Below, one piece after another: positions 18,552-29,299 of a stretch of DNA of 64,000 nt; position 1 is the first letter of the stretch; the number at the start of each line of letters is the position of its first letter. Position numbers and translations under genes: made by a program. The notes beneath the pieces are model-generated. The model was not told the DNA's origin. It did not search any database and saw only the letters and a program-made list of their open reading frames with translations. Origin of the DNA: a virus. The stretch lies in the IMG/VR virus record IMGVR_UViG_3300044620_001243; one strand, given 5' to 3'.

Positions 18552-18722
18552 ATGAAACCTACAAAAGAACAAATTTTTGGAATGATAAGACACGGATTAA
18601 CATTTATTGGTGGTGTTTTAGTTATGAACGGATTAATAAATGAAGGAATGTCTCAAGAACTAATTGGCGGTTTAATGACATTTATTGGAACCGTTTGGTC
18701 GGTTTTTGATAAAAAAAAGTAA
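18552..18722 (+). CDS. small membrane protein, holin-like by position
   Basis: 56 aa from ATG 18552, two hydrophobic segments, basic C-terminus, directly upstream of the M23 peptidase. Confidence 0.4.
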   Translation: MKPTKEQIFGMIRHGLTFIGGVLVMNGLINEGMSQELIGGLMTFIGTVWSVFDKKK

Positions 18723-18731
18723 TTTTATTTA

Positions 18732-20066
18732 ATGAAAAAACTCACGATTGAAGAGGAAATCAAAAGATTTCATGAGATAACTTTTGGAAAAACATTTCTA
18801 CCAGAAGAAGATAGGGGTTTTTTAAGTAGACTTTTTGGGAAGAAAAAAATTGATGACCCCAAGAAAGCAGATTTCGTAACTGATGATGTTACTCAATTTT
18901 TTAAAACCATAGAAGATGCTTCGAATTCAGGGGGACTGAAACAGAGTGAAAAGGGTAGTATGAATTTTCAAAAAGAAGTTGAGTCAATGCAAATTGGTTT
19001 AAAATTATTAGACCCAACAGTTTTACCAAAATATGGGGTTGACGGTTTATATGGACCCGAAACGGCGGCGGCGGTTAAGAGTTTTGTTGAGAAAAATTTA
19101 AGTCAACAAAAAACAGTTAATGAAGTTGCACTATCTTCTCCGATTGGTGACACTGTTATTACATCACCATATGGACCAAGAAATGGAAAGACTCACCATG
19201 GTATCGATTTAAAAGCTGATTCAGGTACACCAATTAAGGCCCCATTGGATGGTCAAATCATTGACGCAGAAATAAGGGCAGATGCATGTGGAGGAACGAT
19301 TAGAATACAACACGCTGATGGATTAACAAGTAGATATTGTCATTGTAAACAAATTAATGTGAAAAATGGTCAATCAGTAAAAAAAGGAGAGATAATTGGT
19401 TTAACAGGTGGAGGTCAAGGTGATTCGGGAAAAGGTCGTTCTACTGGTCCACATTTACATTTTGAACTTTATAAAAATGGACAGATTGTAAACCCCGTAC
19501 AGTATTTAGGTTCAGAAGTTGGGGAGTTTACAGGGGTAAATAGTGGTGGTTTTATGTATAATGCGTCTCCTGAAATGTTGAGAAAACTATTGGAGATGTT
19601 GAAAGAAAGAGGAGTTAAATCTGAAGAATTAAAATCGTTTATTGATGTTGGTGTTACATTTGTTGGTGAAGTTACCGATAAAGCAGTTTATGAAAAAATA
19701 TTACAAGAATTGGGGGCACCAATTACAGATGAAAATATGAAATTTATGTTTGCTTGGAGACAAGCGGAAGGAAAAGGAGGAAAAAATAACCCATTTAATA
19801 CCACTCAAAATATGGCAGGTGCAACCAATTTTAATAGTGTTGGTGTTAAAAATTATTTAACAATATCGGACGGAGTTAATGCAACATTAAAAACCTTAAA
19901 AAATGGTCGATATAATTGTATCATAAATGGTTTACAACAAAATATTGGAGCAAGTGAAATTGCGAAATGTCAATCATTAAAAACTTGGGGAACGGGTGAT
20001 TTGGTTGCAACAGTATTGAACGGATATGATAGTGGGGCTAAACCAAAAATCTCAAGTCTTGCATAA
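18732..20066 (+). CDS. peptidoglycan-binding M23 metallopeptidase (lysin)
   Basis: PG_binding_1-like GVDGLYGPETAAAVKSF; M23 motifs HHGIDL and GPHLHFEL. Confidence 0.85.
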   Translation: MKKLTIEEEIKRFHEITFGKTFLPEEDRGFLSRLFGKKKIDDPKKADFVTDDVTQFFKTIEDASNSGGLKQSEKGSMNFQKEVESMQIGLKLLDPTVLPKYGVDGLYGPETAAAVKSFVEKNLSQQKTVNEVALSSPIGDTVITSPYGPRNGKTHHGIDLKADSGTPIKAPLDGQIIDAEIRADACGGTIRIQHADGLTSRYCHCKQINVKNGQSVKKGEIIGLTGGGQGDSGKGRSTGPHLHFELYKNGQIVNPVQYLGSEVGEFTGVNSGGFMYNASPEMLRKLLEMLKERGVKSEELKSFIDVGVTFVGEVTDKAVYEKILQELGAPITDENMKFMFAWRQAEGKGGKNNPFNTTQNMAGATNFNSVGVKNYLTISDGVNATLKTLKNGRYNCIINGLQQNIGASEIAKCQSLKTWGTGDLVATVLNGYDSGAKPKISSLA

Positions 20067-20116
20067 CATTTACTTTTTATAGTTATTATTTTATAATATA
20101 ATTAAAAAGTAAAAAT

Positions 20117-20335
20117 ATGAAAGATAAATGTGTTATATGTGGAAAAGAATCACCTTATGATATTACAACCAATGTAGATTATAGAATCGGTTACATTGAT
20201 GGAGGTGGTCAGGGTTGTTTTCAATCCGAAATTTGTAAAAAAACAATTTCAATTAATGAAGAATTAATTAAAGATACCCCAAATGATTTTGAATTGGGTG
20301 GTAAAGTTAGAGAATTATTTAATAAAATTAAATAA
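20117..20335 (+). CDS. small zinc-ribbon-like protein
   Basis: 72 aa with CVIC...C...C cysteine pairs. Confidence 0.4.
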   Translation: MKDKCVICGKESPYDITTNVDYRIGYIDGGGQGCFQSEICKKTISINEELIKDTPNDFELGGKVRELFNKIK

Positions 20336-20373
20336 TATCTAATTTTTAGATATTTATAATAAAAAAATATTTT

Positions 20374-21570
20374 ATGGATAAATTAACTGAAAGTTATCTC
20401 AAAAAAATCATAATAGAATCACTATCTAGAGAAGTTGAAGAATTAGCTTATGTTCGTAAAGACAAACAAAGTACCTCACTAAAATCTGGCGAAAAAAGAT
20501 TAAGACAATATGTCCCAATGAATGACGATGGTTCGCCTTTTCCAGAAGAAGATAGAAAAAAAAGTATACCCGATTATGTTATTGCAAATCCAAATTTAAT
20601 AGATGGTGGGGAAATTATTGTCGTTCCATTAGGATGTAATGAACTTGAAATGTTTAAAGACCAAAACAAAGAATGGTTAGAAAGTCTTGGAGTTAAACAT
20701 GGTAATCTTGAAGTACAATTAATACAATGTGGTAGAACTAAATATCCACATAAGTCTCTTGAAAAATTTTATCCCAAAGAAAAAACGGGAGAAAAAATGG
20801 GAGAACAAGAAAAAATTAAGAGAAAATTTTTTAGAATTGTATACAATGAATTAGATAATTCTGAGTTTCAAGGAATATTGAATAAGGCTAGCATTCCCGC
20901 TTTAAATATGAAAGATAATTCGGAATTTGGTAAAGCTCAAACAAAGAAAACAAATATAAGTCAATATGATATGTACGGTAACGATAAAATTGAATTTAAT
21001 TTACACAGTTACAATGGATATGATAGTTTAAAAAATTTCTTAGATTCAGTAATTGGTCGAATAAAAGGTACAGAAAATATCCCTAATACGTTTTTTATGT
21101 CAAGACAATATAACACAGGAGGATATGGTAATTACGATGCTGCTAGAAAAATGGAAAAAAAATATAAAGGTAAAACACCAGTACAGAAAAAAGATTCAAG
21201 AGATTACTACGAACAAAATTTAGATGCGACAGTTAGACTTGAAATTAATATTACAGGTGAGTTAATGGATAATAGTTATTTGTGGAATTTTGGATTAAAA
21301 ACACTTATCGGAAGAAAACTTGAAGATGAAAGTGGATTGAAAGGTGGTTATTTGGACAATAATTTAATACAGTCTTCAGAGACCGTACAATTGGAACCTA
21401 ATATCGAATTCAATGAAGAAAATACAGTTATGGATAATAAAGACATTGTTAATGGATTGATAAATGTATTAGATGATGTGAAATCACAAATTGAACAAAT
21501 TAGTCCTAAAACCATGTTAAAATGGGCAACAGTGAGAAGGAACGAAGTAGTAAGAAACGAATTAGCATAA
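20374..21570 (+). CDS. hypothetical protein
   Basis: 398 aa ORF; no motif recognised. Confidence 0.55.
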   Translation: MDKLTESYLKKIIIESLSREVEELAYVRKDKQSTSLKSGEKRLRQYVPMNDDGSPFPEEDRKKSIPDYVIANPNLIDGGEIIVVPLGCNELEMFKDQNKEWLESLGVKHGNLEVQLIQCGRTKYPHKSLEKFYPKEKTGEKMGEQEKIKRKFFRIVYNELDNSEFQGILNKASIPALNMKDNSEFGKAQTKKTNISQYDMYGNDKIEFNLHSYNGYDSLKNFLDSVIGRIKGTENIPNTFFMSRQYNTGGYGNYDAARKMEKKYKGKTPVQKKDSRDYYEQNLDATVRLEINITGELMDNSYLWNFGLKTLIGRKLEDESGLKGGYLDNNLIQSSETVQLEPNIEFNEENTVMDNKDIVNGLINVLDDVKSQIEQISPKTMLKWATVRRNEVVRNELA

Positions 21571-21589
21571 ATTTAAAAAAATAAGAAAA

Positions 21590-21784
21590 ATGAAAAAAAA
21601 TATTGTAAAGTTGTCACTTAAGGACATTGAAAACATCGTAGAGAGAACAATTAATGAATCAATGAATGAAGACGATTCTTTAGAGGGTGTTTCTTCGGAC
21701 AGAAATATAATGATTGGTAAAGACGAGGATGGTAAAATATATGTTATGGATGTTGAGACGGGTGATATTTTAGGTACAAAATAA
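21590..21784 (+). CDS. hypothetical protein
   Basis: 64 aa ORF. Confidence 0.4.
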   Translation: MKKNIVKLSLKDIENIVERTINESMNEDDSLEGVSSDRNIMIGKDEDGKIYVMDVETGDILGTK

Positions 21785-22264
21785 TTAATTACTTTTTTTA
21801 CAATTTGTTTTTAATTTTTGCACCATCCGTATAAGTTTCTCATCTTTTTCTAATTGAATTTCTGTTTCCATCATTTTACCATTCACTACTCCACCATATA
21901 TGGTGTCACCATGGTAGATTTCACTAACCCTGTAAGTCGTTGATTTTTTAGGTTTTTTAACATAGTTTTCAATCTCATTAACAATTAATAAAATTTCATT
22001 TTCTCTTTCTATAATACGATTGGTACATTCTATCTGATTTTTTATAACTTTTTGATTTAAATCATTTACATTTTCATTTAATTCAGTTATTAATTTTTTT
22101 TGTAATTCAATCTTTGTTTCCAATTCTTCGTTGTTATATGTTGTTAATTCAACAATTTTTGGACCAATTGAGATAGATACAATTGAAAATAAAATAATAA
22201 TAAGTGCAACTACCCTTTGTGTTTGAGTGAATTTTGATAAAATCTCAGATATATATTTAAACAT
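21785..22264 (-). CDS. membrane-anchored coiled-coil protein
   Basis: 159 aa minus-strand ORF; N-terminal TM helix, then heptad-like E/K/L/N-rich region. Confidence 0.5.
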   Translation of the reverse strand: MFKYISEILSKFTQTQRVVALIIILFSIVSISIGPKIVELTTYNNEELETKIELQKKLITELNENVNDLNQKVIKNQIECTNRIIERENEILLIVNEIENYVKKPKKSTTYRVSEIYHGDTIYGGVVNGKMMETEIQLEKDEKLIRMVQKLKTNCKKSN

Positions 22265-22290
22265 AATAATAAATATTATACATTAAAAAA

Positions 22291-22647
22291 ATGGCAAAAA
22301 AAGATATTGAAGCAAAACTAGTGAATGTTTTCAATCCTGAAAACGGTGATGAATTTGAAGTTTTTGTTACTTATGAATTCATAAACGATAATTTGTTGGA
22401 AGAAGATGAAGAAATCTACATGTACAATTATGGTTTCGACATAAAAAGTTATGTTTCATCCAACAATGAAGACGTACCCGAGTGGATGACCGAAGAAATG
22501 GTGTACCACTCATTAAGTGAGATTATTAATGATTCAATGATTGAAGATATGTTTTATGATGATGGAGACATTGACGATGCCGATGAAATTGAAGATTATG
22601 ATGACGATTTAAATTTCTCCGAATCTGATGATGAGGATGATTGGTAA
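22291..22647 (+). CDS. highly acidic protein
   Basis: 118 aa, D/E-rich throughout (C-terminus DDGDIDDADEIEDYDDDLNFSESDDEDDW). Confidence 0.5.
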   Translation: MAKKDIEAKLVNVFNPENGDEFEVFVTYEFINDNLLEEDEEIYMYNYGFDIKSYVSSNNEDVPEWMTEEMVYHSLSEIINDSMIEDMFYDDGDIDDADEIEDYDDDLNFSESDDEDDW

Positions 22648-22662
22648 AAATTTGTTATCCAT

Positions 22663-22693
22663 TTTGATTTTTAATGTTTTTTTTATATATTTG
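22663..22693 (+). promoter_or_regulatory. Bacteroidota-type promoter
   Basis: TTTG, 19 nt, TATATTTG. Confidence 0.5.
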
Positions 22694-22710
22694 TTTTATA
22701 ATCGACAAAT

Positions 22711-23811
22711 ATGAAAATAAACATATCTAATGCAACCTTTTCTTCTATTGTGGGTATTGGGCAGAAAGTAAAAAGAGCAGCTAAAGAAACTGGACACGAG
22801 TATTTGGAGTTAAATAGGGGGGTCAATGCTGTTGTTGAAATCGATTTAGAAAATATTATTAAAACTATTGATTTTAATTCAAAAGAATTTCAAGTATATG
22901 CGCCAAATTTAGGTATAGAATCTTTTAGAAAATCGATTCTTAAAGAATATTTTCCATCAATAGATGTTAACGAAGAATCATTAAATTATGTGTCGGTAAC
23001 ACCGGGGGGAATGCCCGCACTTGATTTAGTAATTCAAATATTGAACGTTGAAAATGTTTTATTTCCCAAATTTTATTGGGGGTCTTATTCTAAAATGGCA
23101 ACAATAAGAAAACGTTCATTCTCCTTTTATGAATCAATAGAATCTTTAGATGTTGATAAACTCAACGAATCCTCTTGTGTTTTCATATGTGACCCAAATA
23201 ACCCAACGGGAATAAAAATTAACGATGGGAAGTTATTAAACAAAATAGAGGAATTAACAAAAAAAGGAGTAATTGTCGTATTTGATTCACCATACAGAAA
23301 ACTTTTTTTTGACAATGATGATTTTTTTAATACGATATCCAAATTCGATAATTTAATTATTACAGAGTCGTTTTCTAAATGGATTGGACTATCTGGACTT
23401 AGAATGGGATTTATCTTCTGTAAAAATAAGGATTTCAATTCCGAATTAAATATACGTTTATTATACGAATTTAATGCTGTATCCTCACCATCACAAATGA
23501 TTGTCGAAAGAGTAATATCAACACCAGAAGGTAAAGAGGCTCACACAAAATTTAGAAATATTACGGTAGATAACATTCGTAAAAATATTGAACTATTAAA
23601 AAATTTAGAACTCTTACCTTATGAAATATATGGTGATAAATCACCAATAGGTATTTTTTCTGTAATAAAAAAATCTGAAGATTTTCTATTTCAAAACAGA
23701 ATAGGTGCGGTAGGAATGGATAAATTTGTTTATCACGATAAAGATTACTGGTCATCATATTCCAGAATATGTGTGTCAGTTAAACATGAATTATTTTATA
23801 AATTTTTTTAA
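22711..23811 (+). CDS. PLP-dependent aminotransferase (class I/II fold)
   Basis: 366 aa; FICDPNNPTG, SFSKWIGLSGLRMGF (PLP-lysine motif); promoter 22663-22693 upstream. Confidence 0.65.
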   Translation: MKINISNATFSSIVGIGQKVKRAAKETGHEYLELNRGVNAVVEIDLENIIKTIDFNSKEFQVYAPNLGIESFRKSILKEYFPSIDVNEESLNYVSVTPGGMPALDLVIQILNVENVLFPKFYWGSYSKMATIRKRSFSFYESIESLDVDKLNESSCVFICDPNNPTGIKINDGKLLNKIEELTKKGVIVVFDSPYRKLFFDNDDFFNTISKFDNLIITESFSKWIGLSGLRMGFIFCKNKDFNSELNIRLLYEFNAVSSPSQMIVERVISTPEGKEAHTKFRNITVDNIRKNIELLKNLELLPYEIYGDKSPIGIFSVIKKSEDFLFQNRIGAVGMDKFVYHDKDYWSSYSRICVSVKHELFYKFF

Positions 23812-23822
23812 AAAAAACAAAA

Positions 23823-24041
23823 ATGCAAACACTATTATTTAACACAACAAATAAAGAAGTAAAATTATTTAGTTCTTCTTTACATGAATCAAAACTATTA
23901 TTGATGTTTACCGATATTCCAACTGTTAGAATGTCCTCCGATGGGTATTATGAAGTTATGAAAAGAGATGAACTAAACGATAGGAACATTCCGGTTCTTA
24001 GAGTTCCTATTGCAAATACAAACATGTTAATTGAGCGATAA
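23823..24041 (+). CDS. hypothetical protein
   Basis: 72 aa ORF. Confidence 0.4.
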   Translation: MQTLLFNTTNKEVKLFSSSLHESKLLLMFTDIPTVRMSSDGYYEVMKRDELNDRNIPVLRVPIANTNMLIER

Positions 24042-24056
24042 TTCTTTAAAAGAAAT

Positions 24057-25970
24057 ATGACAAATTTTGTTCCAAGTAAGTATCAAAAAGAAATTTTTAA
24101 CTTTATTTCAAAAGACACCAAAAATGCGGTAGTATCTGCCGTTGCTGGTAGTGGTAAGACCACAACTTTGATAAATGCGTTGGATAAAGTACCTGACACA
24201 AAAAGTGTTTTATTTTTGGCATTTAATGTTAGTATTGTTGAGGAACTACAAAAAAGATTGGTTGGTAAAAACAACATTCGAATTAGTACTGTTCACAAAT
24301 TCGGATTCGATATTTTAAGGAACAATTTTTCTTGTGAAAAAAATAATCAAAAATATCGAGACATCTTTAAACAAATATTGTGCGAATATTTTGATGTAAA
24401 AAAATACATCACAAATATTACATTTGATGAAATTCATTATCCATATGTTGAAAAAATATATCAATTTCTTTCGGCTGATGGATTAGATAGGACAAAATTT
24501 ATTTCCAATTGTATTTCTTTATGTGATTTGGCTCGTTCAAATTATGTTGATTTTGAAATAAAAGCAATTGGAATTGGTGAAATAAATAGTTTGGCCGAAA
24601 ATCATGGTATTAGTAATGAAGATGGGGAATCAACAGTTACATGGTATTTGGGTAAATTAGGTTCTATGTTTACTAATGTGATTGATTTTACCGATATGAT
24701 TTTTTTACCAAATATCTTAAATGTAAAATCTGAAGAATTTGACTTTGTGTTTATTGATGAGTGTCAAGATTTAAATAGTTGTCAGAGATTAATAATGCAA
24801 AAAGCGGTTAAACTAGAAACAGGTAGATTTATTGCCGTTGGAGACCCAAAACAAGCAATATATGGTTTTGCCGGTGCCGATTATCAATCGTACAATAAAT
24901 TAAAATCTTTACCAAATACTGTTGAACTACCGTTATCATTCACATATCGAGTGGCCCCTGAAATTTTAAATTTGGTTAAACACATAAACCCTTCAATATC
25001 TGCACACAGTAAAAATAAAAAGGGAAGAATAGATAACAATTCATCATACAAAGACATTATGGATGGTGACATGGTCTTATGTAGAAATACTTTTCCCTTG
25101 GTTGTTTTATGTATCAGGTTATTACAAGAAAATAAAAAATCATATATTATTGGTTCAGATATTGGCGCATCCTTAAAATTTTTAATTTCAAACCATATAA
25201 ATCACAATGAACCACATACAATGGAAAACGTGATTATTAGTTTAATAAAAGAAAAGGAGAGAATGATTGAGAAAATTATGTCAACACACAATGTTGATAG
25301 GTCAGTTGCATGTGAAGAAAATTCAGTAATATTATTTAGTGAAAATATAAAAGTTATTGAAGCGTTATCTGAAAATATTGAGAATCCCGATAAGGTAATT
25401 GAAAAAATAGATAGTATTTTTTCAAAAGATACTAAAATAGGTATTTGTTTGAGTACAATACATAAAGCAAAAGGATTGGAATCCGATAGAGTATTCATTT
25501 TACACCCTGAACTAATACCTTCAAAATATGCTAAATTAAGTTGGCAATTAGAACAAGAAAAAAACTTAGAATATGTGGCCTATACTAGAGCAAAAACGTT
25601 TTTAGGTTTCATAACCGATTTCGATGCGTTTAAAGAACATAAATCAAAAAATTATGATTCAAATAAACTTAAAGTAAGTAAACATATTGGTAAACCAAAT
25701 GATAAACTTTGGTTAAGTTTAACAGTTACAAATATTAGACAAGTTGATTCTAAATTTGGTGGGGGAAAAACGCTAGTGTATGATATGGTTGATGATGAAG
25801 GAAATGTTTTTTGTAAATTTGATAAAATTGATAATTCTTTTTTAGATGATGACAATGATACCGATAGAATTGAAATAAATTCCAAAGTATCTTTTTATGC
25901 AAAAGTAAAAAACCACGGAGAATTTAAAGGTATAAGATATACCAATTTATCCACAATTTCACATTATTAA
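24057..25970 (+). CDS. UvrD/Rep-family (SF1) DNA helicase
   Basis: Walker A AVAGSGKTT, FIDECQD, GDPKQAIYGFAGA, STIHKAKGLE; extra C-terminal domain of about 100 aa. Confidence 0.85.
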   Translation: MTNFVPSKYQKEIFNFISKDTKNAVVSAVAGSGKTTTLINALDKVPDTKSVLFLAFNVSIVEELQKRLVGKNNIRISTVHKFGFDILRNNFSCEKNNQKYRDIFKQILCEYFDVKKYITNITFDEIHYPYVEKIYQFLSADGLDRTKFISNCISLCDLARSNYVDFEIKAIGIGEINSLAENHGISNEDGESTVTWYLGKLGSMFTNVIDFTDMIFLPNILNVKSEEFDFVFIDECQDLNSCQRLIMQKAVKLETGRFIAVGDPKQAIYGFAGADYQSYNKLKSLPNTVELPLSFTYRVAPEILNLVKHINPSISAHSKNKKGRIDNNSSYKDIMDGDMVLCRNTFPLVVLCIRLLQENKKSYIIGSDIGASLKFLISNHINHNEPHTMENVIISLIKEKERMIEKIMSTHNVDRSVACEENSVILFSENIKVIEALSENIENPDKVIEKIDSIFSKDTKIGICLSTIHKAKGLESDRVFILHPELIPSKYAKLSWQLEQEKNLEYVAYTRAKTFLGFITDFDAFKEHKSKNYDSNKLKVSKHIGKPNDKLWLSLTVTNIRQVDSKFGGGKTLVYDMVDDEGNVFCKFDKIDNSFLDDDNDTDRIEINSKVSFYAKVKNHGEFKGIRYTNLSTISHY

Positions 25971-25972
25971 TT

Positions 25973-26185
25973 ATGAAATTCTTAGAATTACTTGCGATTT
26001 TAATATCTACAATTTTGGGATTTGTACCAATGTATTTAATTATTTTTTTTCTAACAAAAAACCCATATCTGTTGGAATGGGATTTGTGGGAAAAAATTCT
26101 TTTTCTTTTCATTTCATACGGATTATCCGGTATCTTATACGATAAGATAAAAAAAAATGTAGATGAAGATGATGAAGTTGTTTGA
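25973..26185 (+). CDS. small membrane protein
   Basis: 70 aa with two TM helices and an acidic tail. Confidence 0.45.
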   Translation: MKFLELLAILISTILGFVPMYLIIFFLTKNPYLLEWDLWEKILFLFISYGLSGILYDKIKKNVDEDDEVV

Positions 26186-26226
26186 TTTTTGAACTTTTTT
26201 TCTTATATTTTTTATAAAAAAACATT

Positions 26227-27081
26227 ATGATAATAAAAACTTTTACACCCGAATGGAAACTGTGGATATGGTCGAATATTGTAAACGGATTTAATAAAGA
26301 ATCTGTTTTTAATATTTTGTTAAATAACGGATTTGATTATTCACTAATAAGAAATGAGCTTGGAATTGAACCAACAAACTCTTTAATATGGAGAAGACAA
26401 TACAACCAAGAAAGTTTAAATACACCATATGAAGTTGAACTATATCCATATAATAAATTCATATGTGATAATCCGAGAGCGTATCGTATAGAAAATAATC
26501 AAATGGAAATATATCATTTTCCTGAATTGTTAACATATGAAGAGTGTGATGAATTACTTTCAATAACAAATAAAAAATTAAATAAGAAAAATCAAGTAGC
26601 ACATAAATTGGACATGTCGTTAGATATATCCAAAACAATTAATAAGAGACTATGTGATGTTATTGGTCTTTCAGAAGATTTTGGTGAGGACATCTTTATT
26701 CAAAAATATTCATCAAATGTTGAATATGGTGAAAATGTTGATTATATGTTACCAGAATTAACAGACAATTTGTTTCAGACAAAAGGTCAACGAGTTTGGA
26801 GTGTGCACATTTGGTTAAATAATGTTAATGAAGGTGGACATTTAACTCTAAAATCGATAGATAAAAGTATTAAACCAGTTAAAGGGGAGGCGACCATATG
26901 GAAAAACATTCATCACGATGGTAGTATTAACGAAAACACTAGTTATGTTCACAACTCATTTACCGATGGCGATAAATACGTTTTAGTAAAATATTTTAGG
27001 GAAAGAGGCGATGTTAGTGTTGAGGTTTTAGAAAGTAAGGGTCCTACTGAAATTGAGTTCGAAATTACAGAAATTAAATAA
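26227..27081 (+). CDS. 2OG-Fe(II) oxygenase (prolyl 4-hydroxylase-like)
   Basis: C-terminal half resembles P4Hc: WSVHIWLNNVNEGGHLTL...GEATIWKN. Confidence 0.55.
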   Translation: MIIKTFTPEWKLWIWSNIVNGFNKESVFNILLNNGFDYSLIRNELGIEPTNSLIWRRQYNQESLNTPYEVELYPYNKFICDNPRAYRIENNQMEIYHFPELLTYEECDELLSITNKKLNKKNQVAHKLDMSLDISKTINKRLCDVIGLSEDFGEDIFIQKYSSNVEYGENVDYMLPELTDNLFQTKGQRVWSVHIWLNNVNEGGHLTLKSIDKSIKPVKGEATIWKNIHHDGSINENTSYVHNSFTDGDKYVLVKYFRERGDVSVEVLESKGPTEIEFEITEIK

Positions 27082-27082
27082 A

Positions 27083-27634
27083 ATGGGAAATTACAATTTC
27101 TCTGAAGATTTAAAATTTGGTAATATTGGTGAGGAAATTGTTGCAAAATATCTAACCAAAAATTATGGCGCGAAATTAATCGGTAAAAGTGATGTAAAAG
27201 AAAAAAACCATAAACATTTTGATTTATCTTTTGAATTTCCACATTCCAAAAATGTAACTTACGAAGTTAAGTCTGAAGACATTTATATTGTACCAAAAAA
27301 AGTTTTACCTAATGGTGCAATTTTTCCAGGAAAAGATACGGGTAATCTTTTTATCGAATATATGTGTTATCAAAAAGATAGTGGTATTATGGTGACGATG
27401 GCAGATTGGTGGGCACATGTTTTGGTACACATTGGTGAAATATGGTTTATTAAATGTGAAGAACTAAAATCGTTATTAGACAAAAACAATTTTCCAAAAA
27501 CTATTGGTGGGGATTCTAAAGATAGAAGTGGTAATATAATAAAAGAAGAAGATAGGTCACATGGTTATTTGATTCCAAGAAAAGAAGTTGAAGAACATTT
27601 TATCATAAAAAAATTTAACATCAAAAACTTGTAA
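27083..27634 (+). CDS. PD-(D/E)XK-like nuclease (putative)
   Basis: GNIGEEIVAKYL...FDLSF...YEVKSE arrangement (D...E.K); start moved to ATG 27083. Confidence 0.4.
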   Translation: MGNYNFSEDLKFGNIGEEIVAKYLTKNYGAKLIGKSDVKEKNHKHFDLSFEFPHSKNVTYEVKSEDIYIVPKKVLPNGAIFPGKDTGNLFIEYMCYQKDSGIMVTMADWWAHVLVHIGEIWFIKCEELKSLLDKNNFPKTIGGDSKDRSGNIIKEEDRSHGYLIPRKEVEEHFIIKKFNIKNL

Positions 27635-27684
27635 TTTATTTAACAAAAAGATAAATATTTATCTTAATAAAGAATTTAATACCT

Positions 27685-27876
27685 ATGACATCAGAAGAAA
27701 TGTATGAATATTACGGTTGGATGGCGTATCGCCATGGTTTTTTTAATGAATGGAGAAATGAAGTAACCAAAGAAATTAAACAAAACATAAAAGAACATGA
27801 ATTTTCCACAAAAAAAGCGGAAATTTCTGAAATCGTTTTTAGTAAAATATTATCAATTAAAAACATAAACGAATGA
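27685..27876 (+). CDS. hypothetical protein
   Basis: 63 aa ORF. Confidence 0.4.
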   Translation: MTSEEMYEYYGWMAYRHGFFNEWRNEVTKEIKQNIKEHEFSTKKAEISEIVFSKILSIKNINE

Positions 27877-28574
27877 AAGTAGAATCGTTGTTTTTATCTG
27901 ACATTCATTTGGGTTCAAAAGGTTCCAATTCAGATTTAGTTCTTAAAATATTAAAAAAATATGAACCCGAATATCTTTTTTTAGTTGGGGATATTATAGA
28001 CGGTTGGTTATTGAAAAGAAGATTTAGGTGGAAACAATCTGATACAAATGTTATAAGAAAAATTCTTTCATATTCAAAAAATGGAACAAAGGTAATTTAC
28101 ATAACTGGTAATCATGATGATTTTTTAAGAGAATATGGTGATTTAAATTTTGGTAATATTGAAATTTGTTTAGAATATAAATATAAAAATATTTTTATAA
28201 CCCATGGTGATTTATATGATGGAGTTATAAAATTAAAATGGTTGGGCGTGTTAGGTTCTTTTGGATACGATTTAGCAATTTCAATCGATAGATTTTTAAA
28301 AAAAATTGGATATAAACGTTCATTGTCTAAATTCTTAAAAGATAAAGTAAAAGAGGCGGTAAAATTTATAACCAGTTTTGAAAATGAATTAGTTAGACAA
28401 GCGAAAAAAAGAGAGTGTGATGTGGTGATTTGTGGACACATTCACAACCCCGAAGATAAAACAATTAATAATGTTCGTTATTTAAATTGTGGGGATTGGA
28501 TTGAAAACAACACATACATTACTTTTGATAAAAATATATTCAAAATTAATTATATTAAAAATGAAATACCTTAA
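27873..28574 (+). CDS. LpxH-like metallophosphoesterase (UDP-2,3-diacylglucosamine hydrolase family)
   Basis: FLSDIHLG, GDIIDGW, TGNHD, THGD, CGHIH motif series. Confidence 0.65.
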   Translation: MKVESLFLSDIHLGSKGSNSDLVLKILKKYEPEYLFLVGDIIDGWLLKRRFRWKQSDTNVIRKILSYSKNGTKVIYITGNHDDFLREYGDLNFGNIEICLEYKYKNIFITHGDLYDGVIKLKWLGVLGSFGYDLAISIDRFLKKIGYKRSLSKFLKDKVKEAVKFITSFENELVRQAKKRECDVVICGHIHNPEDKTINNVRYLNCGDWIENNTYITFDKNIFKINYIKNEIP

Positions 28575-29289
28575 TATAAAAGAAAAATTGACCATTGTCA
28601 TTCCTTGTTATAATGAAGAAAATTATTTGAAAAAAACTGTTGAATCTATATATAAACAAATTTATATAGAAGGAACTAGAGTAATTATATCAGATAATCA
28701 TTCGACAGACAGAACAAGACAGATTATTCATAATTTATCTAAAATGTATGCCGATAAGTTGAGAATTGAGTTAATTGATGGTGGGCCCGTTGCTGTATCG
28801 AGAAACTTGGGTAGTGATTTAGTGGATACCGAATATGTTTTATTTATGGATGCGGATACTCATTTATTTACGATTACAACAATATATGAAACATTGAATA
28901 ACATGATTGATTATGAATTAGATTTATTAACTTGTAAAATAAAATCTATTTCAAATGACATAAAAAGCAAAATAATATTTTCATTGTTTAATATTTTAAA
29001 TAACTTCATAAGTCTTACAAGTCCATTTGCTGTTGGTACTTATTTTTTAACACGAATTGATATTTTTAGAAAACTCGGTAAATTTGATGAAACATATAGA
29101 CATAGTGAAGATTATGGGTTAAGTAGAAAATACAACCCAACTAATTTCATGATATCTAAAAATTTTGTTGGTCAAGACAATCGTAGATTCAAAAAGTTTG
29201 GTTATATTAATATGTTAAAGTTGGTAATAAACTCATATAAAAATAGAAACAACCCTAATTTTTTTAAAAAAGATGTTGGGTATTGGTAA
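28561..29289 (+). CDS. family 2 glycosyltransferase
   Basis: IVIPCYNEE, SDNHSTD, MDADT (DxD); start moved to ATG 28561. Confidence 0.75.
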   Translation: MKYLNIKEKLTIVIPCYNEENYLKKTVESIYKQIYIEGTRVIISDNHSTDRTRQIIHNLSKMYADKLRIELIDGGPVAVSRNLGSDLVDTEYVLFMDADTHLFTITTIYETLNNMIDYELDLLTCKIKSISNDIKSKIIFSLFNILNNFISLTSPFAVGTYFLTRIDIFRKLGKFDETYRHSEDYGLSRKYNPTNFMISKNFVGQDNRRFKKFGYINMLKLVINSYKNRNNPNFFKKDVGYW

Positions 29290-29299
29290 AAAATAAGAT

